Assembly (NCBI GenBank): GCA_015680685.1
Contig: MNCI01002465.1
Span: 237,268-301,267, forward strand
Reading direction: 5' to 3'
DNA: 64,000 nt
Source of the DNA: Gnetum montanum
Lineage: Eukaryota > Plantae > Gnetophyta
Positions within the stretch are counted from its first letter, which is position 1. Each line of letters starts with the position of its first letter. Positions 1 through 12,590 of the stretch are shown here, piece after piece. The position numbers and the translations under genes were made by a program. The notes under the pieces are model-generated. The model worked only from the letters and a program-made list of their open reading frames with translations, was not told the DNA's origin and ran no database searches.

Positions 1-306
1 ATCTTGATCTTTATTGCTGATCATGTGCATGTCGAAGTACATCACACTCGAACAAAGGTTCTGTACAATTACAAGTATCACACTACAGGCATGCACTTGG
101 TAAAAGAACTAAAAAGTAACTAAAAACTAACAAAATACTTGACCCCAAAAGAGTCAAGACTCTAATGATTCTCATCTAGCTTCACATGTGCCTAAGTGCT
201 ATATTTATAGGCTAACACAAGAATCACGATATTGTGGATACGATATCGTACCCAGGCTATGATATCGTGTACCTAATATCTGGGCTTGGCAAACCATGAT
301 TCATCA
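1..306 (-). mobile_element. Terminal part of an LTR related to element B (Athila-like), cut by the window edge
   Basis: 1-60 aligns with B LTR 46125-46200 (gatctttattgc..tcatgtgc..gtc.aagtac.tcacactc). Shares tatttatag and CGATATCG repeats. Ends catgattcatca like B LTR atgactcatca. Confidence 0.8.
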
Positions 307-313
307 ATCTCTT

Positions 314-1581
314 TGTGGACCTTTTGGTGTGTCAAAATGTTAAGTAAAATGGAGACAAAGGTTGTGTGTATGATTTTGTGGTTGTTGTGGTTGTAGGAAA
401 AAGATGAGATGACAAGGAACACACTAGTTTAGATAAAAGAAGAAAGTCATCCACAAGGTCTCAAGGTCTCATCCACAAAAGGAAAGCTCAAAGGAAGAGA
501 ATTCAAAGAACATAGATAATGACCAAATAACTCATAAGAAAAGTTGTCATCATTGAAGCATGTGGAAGTGCAAGGTTATGAACAAGAAATGAAGAATTCA
601 TCATGCAAAGGGAGATGTAGAAAGATGTTTTCAAGAAATAGTAGATGTCTTGGTAGAATTCAAGGTTGCATAGGAAAATATGTCTTCAAGAAATAGCAAA
701 CATCTTTCATTAGACAAAGATGTATTTCCATAGATAGAGAAATCTTCAAAGAATAAAAGTTAGTTTCAAAAAGATATCTTTCACTAGTCAAAGATGTCTT
801 TCTAGAAAGGAGACATGAAGATTAGTTTTAGAAAGATGTCTTTCCCTTGGAAAAGATGTCATTTTAGAATAAAGGAAAAATGCATAAAGATATCTTAGGA
901 ATGAAGAAGATGTCTTCCATGACCACTAGCTAGTTGTTGCATGAGTTCTAAGATAGATTTGAAAACATGGTAACTATAGGAAGACATCATTCTCATTGGG
1001 AAATGTGTAAGCTCTTATACAATCATTGTGAAATCATTTGGCAATCATTATAGTCATTTCTGCTGCTCATTGTATTATCATTCATCCATTTAAAGTGTGT
1101 TGTATTTTAAAGTACAAGGATCAGTAAACTAAGTTGCATTCATCCCTTGTAATTGTTGTTCTATCTTGTTGCTCCATGGGGTTGATGTGCTTCATGAGGA
1201 AAGACATCTTGCTTGAGCTTCTTGGGATCTTATAGGATTGAGTGGTTGTATAGCGTCACAACACTTCAAGGTAGAGGTCAAAATTGTAGATGTTATGGAA
1301 GCATAGAAACCATATTATAAGGTTCTCAAAACCTTGCAAGGTTGAGTGGTTGGTGTAGTGTCACAACACTTCAGAGTGGAGCTTAGATCTTGTACAAGGT
1401 GTGGTACTCTTCAAATCATATTTGAGAGCAACAAAGTCTAGAGGTGTGCTTATGATCTATCTTTTAAGTATGGACTAACCAAGTTGGGGAACCACATTAA
1501 ATTTGGTGTGTGTGGCTTGTCCAAAGAATTTGAATTAGGGAAACTTATTCATCCCCCCCTTTCTAAGTTCAACTATCAACG
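314..1581 (+). repeat. A1 5' LTR with clustered AAAGAYRTCTT palindromic motifs (~620-990)
   Basis: Colinear with 4420-5642; ends ttctaagttcaactatcaacg just before the PBS. Confidence 0.9.
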
Positions 1582-1583
1582 AG

Positions 1584-1596
1584 TGGTATCAGAGCC
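1584..1596 (+). promoter_or_regulatory. Primer-binding site, tRNA-iMet (TGGTATCAGAGCC)
   Basis: Canonical plant Met PBS, 2 nt after the LTR end. Confidence 0.95.
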
Positions 1597-1636
1597 TAGT
1601 ACTCTTCTTTGTCCTCATTAACTTCAAGAGTGAACA

Positions 1637-2906
1637 ATGGAGGTTATATTTTACACAAAGCCACCCATGTTTGATAGATTCAACTTAACCTATTGGAAAG
1701 CTAAAATGCAAGGATTCTTTGAATCTATGGAGTTTGAAATATGGGAGTCAATTTTTGTAAGCTACATTTCACCTATTAATAGCTCCACTAGCATCATCAA
1801 GCCTTGTAACAAATGCATACAAGAGGAGAAAGATATGTTCATGTTTGATTCAAAAAAAAAATATTTATCTTGTGCCTTGAATAAATTTGAATTTAATATG
1901 ATAGCAAGATGTAAAATAACCAAAGAAATTTGGCAAACTTTAGAAGCTACTTATGAAGGAACCTCTATTGTTAAGTAATCAAAATTGTTAGTTGTACAAC
2001 ATGAATACGATAAGCTCAAATTGCGAAAAGGTGAGAAAATAAAAGATTATTTCTCTAGAGCCAATGATCTTGTTGTAGCTATTAAAGGAATAGGAAAAGA
2101 TTTTCCCAAAAGATATTTCATCATCAAAATGATCAAAACTCTATAATTAGAGTTCAGACAAAGGTCATAGCTATGGAGGAAATAAAAAATTTCTCAATCT
2201 TAAAATTTAAAGAGCTTCAAAGTGCTTTCATTACTTATAAAATGAATCTCCTAAGTAAAGGAGCAATCCAAGAAAGACCTATAGCCCTAAAGACTTCCTC
2301 CAAGGAGAAGGAATGTAATGAGCATGATGAGGGTAGTGAAGATGAGATTGCCTTTCTCTCAAGGAAGCTACAATGATTGCTAACAAGAAGAAACAAGGGG
2401 GCATTTCAACAAAGATCCAATCTGCTCAAAGGTAGAGAAAGAGGTAAAAACATTTTAATTTTAACCTAGATTTCTCTCCTATAGAATGTTGGGTTTGTGG
2501 AGGAAGAGGCGATATGACCTTTGAATGTCCTAGTGATAGCAAGGTATTGCCAAAGAATAAATCTAATGAAGAAGGATTGAAAAAAACCAAGTTTTATACA
2601 AGTTGGAATGATGGTAAGCAAAGTGAAGAAGAAGCATGCAATTCTTTCAAAGATTCACATCTCATATGCATGGCTCTTATAGATGAAAATTTTTCACATA
2701 TGGTTGAACAAGATGATAAGTGTGACAAAATTTATAGTAAATTTAAAGAAGAAATTTTTCTTGTATATCATTTGATTAGGAAGGCAAAGAAATTTGTAAT
2801 TTCTAAGTTAGATGCTATCCATGCTAAAGCGAAAGAAGAGATCTTAGACATAAAAACTAAGATTCAAAAACTAACCTATTTTAATAAGTTTTACAACAAG
2901 GTTTAA
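1637..2906 (+). pseudogene. gag: Copia/SIRE gag with stops and frameshifts
   Basis: KPPMFD..N..YWK.KM..F, IW.TLE.TYEGT..VK, L.F.EL..A.ITY.M, and a CWVCGGRG zinc-knuckle remnant. Confidence 0.9.
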
Positions 2907-4391
2907 GAGGAGGAGACTCTTGAAAAATAGCCGAAGAATTTAGAGGAAGTTACACATGAAAATTCAAGCTCAAGCATAATCAGGTCTGATCATATTGATC
3001 ATGAGGAAAATACTTTATTTGTGTGTAAATATTGTGGTAGTAAGCAAACTCTTAACTATACTCATGATGATCAAAACAAGATTAATGTTTGGTCTTGTCA
3101 ACAAGGATTTGATAAGGAAATTGTGTAGGTACTAATAAGTGAAAATGAGGAGAAGTGAAAAATTGAAAATAATGAAATAAGTGATCTAGGGTTTTATCAT
3201 AAAGAACGTAAAGTAGTGAAGACATTACATACATGATCTAATAAAAGAAAACCTAAAGATGAGAAGGTACTTCATGATAGGGGATCTCATCTTAAACTCC
3301 ATCAATATTCTCTGATCACTAGCAAGCAAGGTAAGTCAAAGTATGTTTTCATCTCTTTTCTTGCTAATTAATAAGAATATGATTTGGGTAGTTGGAAATT
3401 GATTGTATCTTGTCTAGATCAAAAAAGTGTCAGAATAATTATTTAGAGCATCTCTTACATTCATTCTTGAACTTGATACAAGTGGTTTCATGAAAATATT
3501 TAGTGTAGCGCTTGTAATAATTTCCCTTGGACCTTCATCTTGCAATAATTTTAGTTTGATTTTTGTCATGCATTCAATCTTGCTTAATTTGAACTTATGA
3601 TGATCTCACGTCCTTTGGAATATTTTGGCCATTTATGAGATAAGACAAGATTTTGAAAAGTTCTATCAATATTACTAACTAGAGATCTTAGTCTCTACAT
3701 TTGATCTTAATGTTGACCTATAGTTGTAGTGTTTTGGTGATTTACAACATTTACACATTGATCGTAAAAGCCCAAGATAAGTAGCACATGTGTAGGAGGA
3801 GCACACACTTATATCAATATGAGTAAGAACATGATCACTTTGTTTATGGAAAAGTATCCACGATTTTGATTGAAACATTTTTTGAATAGTTTGCTTTGAG
3901 ATGCACTTCCTAGCTTAAGAATTTAAAATTTGGCATGGCTGATTTCAAATTGTAAATTTGTATTGATATCATAAAGATTTCTATGCCCTATTCTTTTGCT
4001 GATGATTTAAAAAGAAGGAGAATATTAGAAAATTAATGATCCATGCGATATTTCCTACTAATGATTTATTGGTTTAGAGAAAGGTTACTTGATCTTCAAG
4101 GATGATACTTCACTTTAAGCCATATGTTTGAGTATCACTTGGAAGGCTTGGATTAGTTCTTGATAAGTTAGGAGTAGCTCATCATGAACCTTAGTGCTAA
4201 AAAGTATGTGCTTTTTAATTGATATTCTTGCTCAACTAAAATTTTTTTGGGATTATTACATGCTACCATTATTTTTCTTTTCTAATGTCTCTTTGGAAAT
4301 AACTTTATGTGCTTTATTCTTTTTGCTATTGTTCAAAAAGAGAGAGAGTAGTATAATTATATTTGTATGATCACTAACCCATTTTCTTAAG

Positions 4392-4443
4392 TTTTGAACA
4401 TCACCAAAAAGGGGGAGATTGTGGACCTTTTGGTATGTCAAAA
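4392..4443 (+). promoter_or_regulatory. A1 polypurine tract (4406-4419) inside the Sirevirus-type junction inverted repeat
   Basis: ttttgaacatcaccaaaa-[agggggagat|tgtggacc]-ttttggtatgtcaaaa. Further PPT-like runs at ~4009 and ~4335. Confidence 0.85.
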
Positions 4444-5642
4444 TGTTAAGTAAAATGAAGGTAAAGGTTGTGTGGCTGTAGGAACAAGATGAGATGACAA
4501 GGAATGCATTGGTTTAGAAAAAAAGGAGAAATTCATCCATAAGGTCTCAAGGTCTCATCCACAAAAGGAGAGCTCAAAGGAAGAGAACTTAAAGAACGTG
4601 GACAAGGACCAAATAACTTACAAGAAAAGTTATCATCATTGAAGCATGTAGAAGTGCAAGGTTATTTTCAAGGAATGAAGAATTCATCATGCAAAAGGAG
4701 GTGAAGAAAGACATCTTCAAGTAATAGTAGATGCCTTGGCAGGATTAAAGGTTGCACAGGTAACGACATATTCAAGAAATAGTAGACATTGTTCATAAGA
4801 TAAAAAAGTCTTTTCCCAAACAAAGGCATCTTCAAAGAATGCAAGCTAGTTTCAAAAATATGTCTTTCAGTAGGCAAAGATGTCTTCCCAAAAAGGAGGC
4901 ATGAAGACTGGTTTTAGAAAGACATCTTTTCCTAGACAAAGATGTCTTTCCAAAATAGAGGGCAGATATAGAAAGATGTCTTAGGCATGAAGAAGACATC
5001 TTCCATGATTGTTAGCTAGTCGTTACACAAGTTGCAAGCTGGATTTGGAAACATGGTGACTATAAAAAGATAATATTCTCATTGGAAAATATGCAAGTTT
5101 TTGTACAATCATTGTGAAATCATTTGAAAATCATTGCTTCTCCTCATTGTATTATCATTTGTCTATTGTAAAGTGTGATGTACCTCAGAGTACAAGAATT
5201 TGCAAACTAAGTTGCATTCATCCCTTGTAATTATTATTCTCTCTTGTTACCCTGCAAGGTTGATGTGCTTCTTACACGAAGACATCTTGCTTGAGTTTGT
5301 TGGGATCCTATGGGATTGAGCGGTTGTGTAGCACCAACACACTTTGGAGTAGAGCTCAAGATTGTAAAGGTTGTGAAAGCCTAGAAACCATATTCTAAGC
5401 TTGTTGGGATCTTGCGGGGTTTGAGTGGTTGGTGCAGCATCACAACACTCTGAAGTGGAGTTTAGATCTTATACAAGGTGTGATACCCTTCAAACCACAT
5501 TTGAGAGTAACAGAGTTTGGAGGTGTGCTTGTGATCTACCCAAGTTGGAGAACTATGTAAAATTTTGTGTGTGTGCTTTGTCCAAAGAATTTGAATTAGG
5601 GAAACTTATTCATTTGTCACCTTCTAAGTTCAACAATCCACA
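4420..5642 (+). repeat. A1 3' LTR
   Basis: TG...CA termini; colinear with the 5' LTR. Confidence 0.92.
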
Positions 5643-6835
5643 CTCATTTTCTTGAAAATAATTTCTTTTTTAAACTCAATACATCCCAAATAATAAATGA
5701 AATAACTTTGAATCCTGCTCCATCACATGGAAAATATGTGCCAACATTTCTTGCCCCCTTTTAAAGTTCTTAAAGGAGTTTAAGATTGAAATAATTTACT
5801 GATGCATACCAGCCGAATTACATTTTATGTCCTAACTAAAATAGAAATTTTATTCAACATTTTTTTACACGAAAAAAAGTCCCCAACGAATTTAAGACTT
5901 AGTGGTATAAAAACCTTTGGATGATCTCTTGAGGAACGGTATGGAATCATTCTCATGGAATCATATGCTACAAGCTAAAGTCACTTGGAAATTGTGGAAA
6001 CCTTAAAGCACTTAATGTGGGGTATATATCTTGTTTAAATGATGGAGTAACAATGGCAATATGCATCTGTAATCCAAGATTAAAATCAATGGTACTCAGC
6101 TCCGGGAAGATATTTGATAAATCTTTAAGATACGTGGCAATGTGATCTCGCTTAGAGGAACTTGTTTTAAATAACTGCTTTCTTTTTACAAATGCTAGTC
6201 TTTCATTTATTACGAACAGCTACCCATGGCTACGATATTTTCTTCCTAAGTTATTGTGAGTAGGTATCATGGGCTTGCAGATGGTTTCCGTTATTTTGAA
6301 ATACTTTACCAGGCAGATGTTCTCCATCATGCTTCCTTCACCGTCGGTTATGCCTAGTTTTGCTTCCTCTCCATTATTATTCTCAGGCCACTTGATTGTT
6401 CGTTGCTGAATTTATGAGGTTCAGACTATCATAATATTAAGGATCTTGTAGTTAAATTTGTTCCATTATGTTTGTTGCTATTGTTGTGCTCCAATTTGGC
6501 ATTGTTTGGTATGGATAACAGGAACAATATACACTATAGATCAGGACATGCCACGGTGTAGGCTTGCACTAGACGATGTCAGCAACAACATGGTTTTGGC
6601 AACCAATTATTTTAGCCTAAACTGAACCCGCTCACAAACACGACATCTACCCCATCCAAAAGAATTCCAAACAAACATATTTTTGATCGATCTGGACTGT
6701 ATAAATCAAATTACCACCTTTCTGTGAATAGTCGGGGCTCCGTTGTTGGGTTGGACAACATGGAAAATTTTAGGACCTCTTTTCTTGCCTTCCTCATCCA
6801 CTGAATTAATATTAATTTGGTAAAGTTTACATTTT

Positions 6836-6857
6836 ATAATAATAATAATAATAATAA
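6836..6857. repeat. (AAT)7 microsatellite
   Basis: Directly visible. Confidence 0.9.
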
Positions 6858-7199
6858 CTTACATAAATAAATTCAAATTAATGGTAATATTTTTATTCTT
6901 ACTCCACATATCTATAATCAACCTTAGGATTGGTTATCCTATATTTGTATTCATGTGACCTCGAATTGAAGAAGGTAGGTACTTGGGATTGAAGCTAATT
7001 TTTTTGAAGCTTGTTTATTAAAAGTCTCATCACTATGATTGATCATGATAAGCATAGATTATGTCCACCCCATAAAAGGATCTACCATTTCCATTGATGT
7101 ATTAGCAAATGATGAGCTCATGCTAAGGATAAAGTTTTAAGGAAAGAAAAATAAAAATATTTATAAGTTATTTAATGCCCTATATAAACAGGACATTTG

Positions 7200-8200
7200 T
7201 CAACTATAGCTTTTAATTTTAATGATGGTTATAACTAACTCCCATACTGGTTATAGTATACTTTAGTTTCCCATGATGATTGTAACTACCAAGAAGCCAC
7301 TATAAAAAGAGCTTCAAGGGTAGAAATAAAAAGGGGAAGGAACTTGGAAGAAGTATTCAAGATTACTTATAAGAATGACTTGCTAATTCCATCATCAATT
7401 TAGCTACTTTGCTTAAATCCTATGAATTCTTTTTTTTTTATTTATAATTCTTGACAACTATTAACTAGCCAAGTAATAACGTGTATTTTGTCTTTTACAA
7501 AGCATTTTGGTAGTTTAATAGGAGTGTCTTTTACAAAATTACTTGTTGAGCTCAGAGGATCTGGACAATTTGTAACCCTTTAGGCTAAATTAAAATAGCT
7601 TTATTTCAAAGTGTTTCTTCATGTTTAATTTATCTCACTTAAATGTTTGAGATTCCATACAAACTTTCTTTTTCTCTTCTTTTCTTTCAAAATCCATTGA
7701 ATCTTGCTCTATTTCTAATTTTCTTGTGAATCTCTCTTTCTAAGGAGAATTAGGAGTAGATTTCTATAGAATTGTTTTTAAGCAATTTGATAAAATTTTA
7801 TTTGTTTCAAGCAATGTACTAGAGGGACTGTATAGACTAAGTGACATGACAAAATAGGAATCTTTAATAACTCATAGTATTCAACAAGGTTAGCTGAATT
7901 TCTATTAGAATAGCTAGTTATAATTTCATACACAAATTCAAGCATTTCAACATTCATAGCATCAAACACACATTTATGCTTAGTTCACTCTATTACCATT
8001 GAGTTTACTTAGAGATATTTGAGCCTTAGTGTTTCGAGAGATCATCAAACATCTAGAATAAAGCTTGAAGGAACACCTTGGTTTCCCATGATCCCAATCA
8101 TGAGACCTGAAGGTAAACGTTGGTAGTCCCAAATGGTTGCCTATAGTATCCTCATTTATTTAAAATGGAAGAAATTAAATTTATCCGATTTTTTATATTG
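7200..8200 (+). mobile_element. Decayed fragment (LTR end, PBS-like site, 5' UTR) of a Tat element related to F, in the opposite orientation
   Basis: 7700-7750 and 7995-8075 resemble the reverse complement of F's 5' UTR (62950-63280). tggtagtttaatagga at ~7508 could be a decayed tRNA-Arg PBS. Boundaries unclear. Confidence 0.4.
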
Positions 8201-9933
8201 GGAAAAAATCATTTACTCAATTTTTATTTTTGGGTCATAATGTCATGGATTTCTCGCTCGTACATCTAGCACTTGAACTAGGAAAAATTTTATTTCTCCC
8301 ATTTTACAAATTAGATGAATTGGTTTTAACCTACGATATTCGTGTTGGCCAATATATGTGCAAACTTTTCAAATCCTAAATGCAAGCTAGGACAAATGAT
8401 TTTTTTTTGTAATTTTTGAGTTAGGATAATTTGGCCTTGATGGATTACATTATCATTCTGTGTCATTGTAATCTTGTGCTTTTCTAGCCAAATAACTTAT
8501 ATATTGTAGACTCAATTTGATCCATTTCTTATACTTAGGATACACTAGTTATTTCTTGAGATTTGAACTCAAGATCTCTTTGGAATCAAGCCTCCATCAC
8601 TACTATGTTCATGCCAGTATAACCATTATGAAATGGCCTTTAATACTTCTAGGGGATGGGGTGAACCTTATTATACCATGAATTTTGCCATAAGTTATTT
8701 CTTTTCTTGTTTTGCTTCACATTGTGAAAGAAATGTGACAAAATTTCTTGCCTCCTCTTTTTTTTAAGAAAATAATGCAATGACACCTTAAAAAAACTTT
8801 ATATTCTTTAGAAAAATTTATATCAGAAATAAGATAGCTTCATTATACTTGTTTTGAATTGATATACTTCAAATAATTCCTAAATGACACATAACAAATT
8901 GGCTGCTATGCCCACCAAGATAAGAAGAATAATATACAAAGTACTATGCTAATTACTGAAAGCTTAAATCTTTTTTATGAAAAAAATCACTTCAAACCTA
9001 GGGTTTAAATTTCTAAAAATCCATATTCCCTACATGTAAATGCAAATATATACAAATGTAGCCAATCTACGAAAAAGAAGGGAAAAGACTAGCATATCTT
9101 AGAGGTGCATCATAGAGTGATTACTATCTTTTTTAGTATTTTTCTTTTTTGATCATTCTCAAATTGACAACTTGTATAGGCTCTAGGGTCTCTATTCTAA
9201 AATGACAATCTAGCTTGGACTCTTTGAGGATCTTGATTTTTGACTTTAGGTAACTTCCCTGAATTTCCTCCCAGGTTCTTCACTAGCACTTTTCTAGGAG
9301 CATCCTTGTCCACTTGTTCTTCCTCTTGAGGTTATTTTTCTGACTCTATGGAGGATGGTGGGGAAATAAGCCCCTCTTTTTCTTTGATTTGCTTTGAGCT
9401 AGTGTTAGACATCTTTTGAATAGCACTTGGTAAGTTTCCATCAACATCAATAAAACTGAAATCTTAATTACTTGTATAAAATGTGTTTCTATATTGATGC
9501 TAGCCTCTTGAAGGAAGGACACTTTGACATCTCATGGAATCTTTCCATCTTGAACCAAGAATACTTTCACCTCTAGAAAGAAAAGAAAATTCTTGTACCA
9601 ACCAATTGGCATAAGGGTCATTTGGTGATGCACCAAGTCCTAGAATATTATAATAAGCTCTGTGTACATGTTTTGCATAACAACCAACTAAAAACAAGAT
9701 GAAAGGCTTCATCTTAGAACTCTTTACCTTCCTAAATAATAATTTTCTTTTAACTATAGGTTTATGTGACCGGATTATTTCTTACTAATTTTCCTAATTC
9801 ACCTTAGGTATTATATATATAAATTTCAATCATTAAAGTCTTATATGTCTAACACTCTCCCACCTCTTCTTAGATCATGCACCATTATTAAAAATTATGT
9901 ATAGTATTTATACTTAGTGATTGTGTCTATTAC

Positions 9934-10040
9934 TTAATTATGATGCACTTCAGGTAGTTGCCTGAAGTAGTGCTTGAGATGGATGACATTAATTGGGAGG
10001 TTAAGTTCAATTCCATCCAGTTCAAAGATTTTATAGGTAT
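9934..10040 (-). pseudogene. C-terminal end of element F integrase (GPY/F region), displaced 48 kb by insertion of C
   Basis: Joining 58254 to 10040 across the TSD reads KFSTKWSSPFIIK*QVSND-TYKIFELDGIELNLPINVIHLKHYFRQ in one frame. Confidence 0.88.
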
Positions 10041-10969
10041 TATTATGTTATTCTTTGTTTATTAGTGCTTGAGTTGTAGAACATGGAGTTAATCAAACCA
10101 AGGATTGCAGGTTATGTAAGGGTAAGGTGCTAGAATTATGATTTAGAACACTTAACATTAATTCACTCTAACAACGAAATGAACATTATCATTCAATCAT
10201 CAATCTCAAGAAATAATTCTCATTATAATCATCATTAACACTTAAATCTTATATCAAAAATTTCTTTGAATATATATCTCCCCTCTTTTTTTATGTATTT
10301 ATGTATATCTCTTGTAGTTTCGCATCAAATTAGTGTGAAAACAATTTTGGTTGATCATGAGAATAACTTTTGGCTAAAAGTTGCAACTAGGTGCAAGTTG
10401 TAGCTAGGATGTAGCTTCTTGTTTGAAGATGAATTATCAAGTTAATCAACTACTATGATTTACTACAATTAGTAGTTTTAGTCAACCATTCCCAATGGTT
10501 GAGTACTCAAATCCAAATGATCAAATAGCTAAACTAAGTAAGAAAAATTCATAATGACTGCAATATGGGTATGAGTCATAGGAGCTCATATTTATGGATA
10601 CACTTTTCTGTTATAAATCAAATTACAAGTGACTACAAGTGATATCTAAAGAAAAATTTGAGTTGTAAGCTTATGTGGGTGACATGAGCTTGTAGTACCT
10701 TTTCCAACATAGATACAACTTTTGTGCTACCACCATCTCTGTTTAAGGCTAACTCCACTTGCTCTACAATCCTCTAATATTGGAATTCAACTCTCAATAA
10801 TCATAGGATGGGTATTTCTCCCTTGATGAGTTGAAAATTAATTAGAATTCACATTATGAGTTGAGTCTCTGAGTTGTGCATGACTATGGGTCACATGAGC
10901 TGCTAGATATCCATCTAAGCATGAAAATAGAGGAACATAGTGCAAGATGCATTAACTCACATCATAACG
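10041..10969 (-). repeat. C 3' LTR
   Basis: Colinear with 57323-58248; PPT-like agagctagttggggct adjacent on the minus strand (10971-10986). Confidence 0.88.
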
Positions 10970-11099
10970 TAGCCCCAACTAGCTCTTTATTATCCTAATA
11001 AAAGAGAGTGGAAGAATGTGCATGAAGTAACGAAAATACAATAAATAGAGATTAGATAATAGAAATAGTTTCCTCTATCATAACATTCAAACACATACA

Positions 11100-12590
11100 A
11101 CAAGAGATGGAAAAGAAGAAGTGGGAGACAAGATGCTTAAGTTTGAGGAGTTGAGCCTTTCCTCAAAGGAGGTAGAAGAATCTCTACCGAAGAAGGAGGT
11201 TGAGGCACATCATCACCTACCTGATTACTCATAAAGTCCTACTTTGTCACTTCATCATCCACCTAGTTACTAGGATCAGATGGTCCAACCTAGTTTGCAT
11301 CGATGATTGAGGATCACATAGGTGCAAATTTTGGATCTACCAATTCATCCATCTCGTAGTAACTAATAGTCTAGTGAAGATCCCTCATCCTGAAAAATAG
11401 ATGATGTTACAAGATCTTTACATTAGAGACTAAAAGATATTGCCTTCTCTCTAATTGGTCACAATGGGTATGGAGATGTGCCTCCATGTCATTATACTAT
11501 GTAATGAGATTTATCTGAAGGGCATCTAATCGAGCCATGAGTTGAGAGTTGGAACTCACAAAAGCTTGATCATCTCCCTCCATATCTTGGTATTGTTGTT
11601 GTTATTGTTGTGGCTGATACTACTACATATCAACATAATGAATCTCCTAGGAATTCCTACCTTCATCTCTTGGAGTCTGTGAATCAAGGATCAACCAAAC
11701 CTCCTCAAAGAGTGTCTTGGGAAACTACTGGGTGTAGAAGATACATCCTAAATTTGGAAACTAGTTATCACCTTAGGTGATAATCTTCTTGATGGGTAGG
11801 GTAGGTGGCTAAATTTGAAAGTGCCAATATAGTGCTAAAGTCATTGAAGGAAAGGGGACCCAATTGGAATCTTGAACCACCAAATCCATCTTAGAAAATA
11901 TAATATATGGATAATTGAAGGTCTAGGGATCCTTCAAGTCACTAATCACCAACATGCCAAAGGACATGACATGTGTAAAATGCGAGTTACCTAGGATGTT
12001 CATTATGAAAGTCCTTGCAAGAACCCTCCTTTCCAAATAAAGGTTCTTGTAAGGCCATTCCATCTAATCCATCACTACATTAGGAAAGATCTCCACTAAC
12101 TGGGTCCTCTGCTTTGATGATGCTAACACAAAATGCTATCTATTTGGTCCCACTTACATCTTAAGGAGATTAGCTATGAGGGCCTCGTTGATATTGTAAG
12201 ACCTAGTGCAAACTTGAAAAGTTCATGAAGCATGGGAGATCCTCTGGAATGTGAGGTAGAACTAATGAGCCTCTTGCTTGTAAAGTGCCTCACCTCCTAT
12301 TAAGAAAAAGTCCAAGTTGTGCATTGTTAAGTACATTAAAACTAGTGAATTCACTAGTTCCATCAAAGGCTTGAAGTTCCTAGGTGCTCTCAATGGCACA
12401 AAGTGAACTTTGCCTTTTGGCACATACACATTAAGTGCTACATGAACTCCCTATGAGTGAGTTCTTGCTCCTCCTCCTGATCATGTATCCATGCTATCAA
12501 AAATGTAGCCACTGAAGATGGTCCTTGTAGATGTTCCCTCTTGTGTTGGGATGTGTGAGAAGTTCCTTGTTGTAGTGAAGATTAGTGCAC
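11100..12590 (-). pseudogene. Athila env-like / putative plant transposon protein ORF of C, decayed
   Basis: Manual translation: HNLDFFL..LYKQEAH*FYLTF..FQV..YNINEALIANLL..RVLARTFIMNILG.SH..NYPYIIF.KM..VPFPSM.LALY.HF, then a Q-rich/coiled tail. Ends approximate. Confidence 0.7.

Larger units (their letters stand above)
314..5642 (+). mobile_element. A1: non-autonomous gag-only Ty1/copia Sirevirus (SIRE) derivative
   Basis: Two ~1.25 kb direct LTRs starting TGTGGACC, Met PBS, copia gag, AAAAAGGGGGAGAT PPT, C-rich tract near the LTR end, TSD ctctt (309-313)/ctcat (5643-5647). No PR/INT/RT/RH recognisable in the 2.8 kb interior. Confidence 0.9.

Noticed and set aside
4256-5655. Short ORFs in LTRs (also 14690, 20230, 24109, 41607, 45979, 51035, 52127)
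   Set aside because: They recur only because LTRs are repeats; no coding hallmarks.
8555-8600. B-box-like gagttcaaatc on the minus strand, suggesting a tRNA or SINE
   Set aside because: No cloverleaf, A-box, tail or TSD could be supported.
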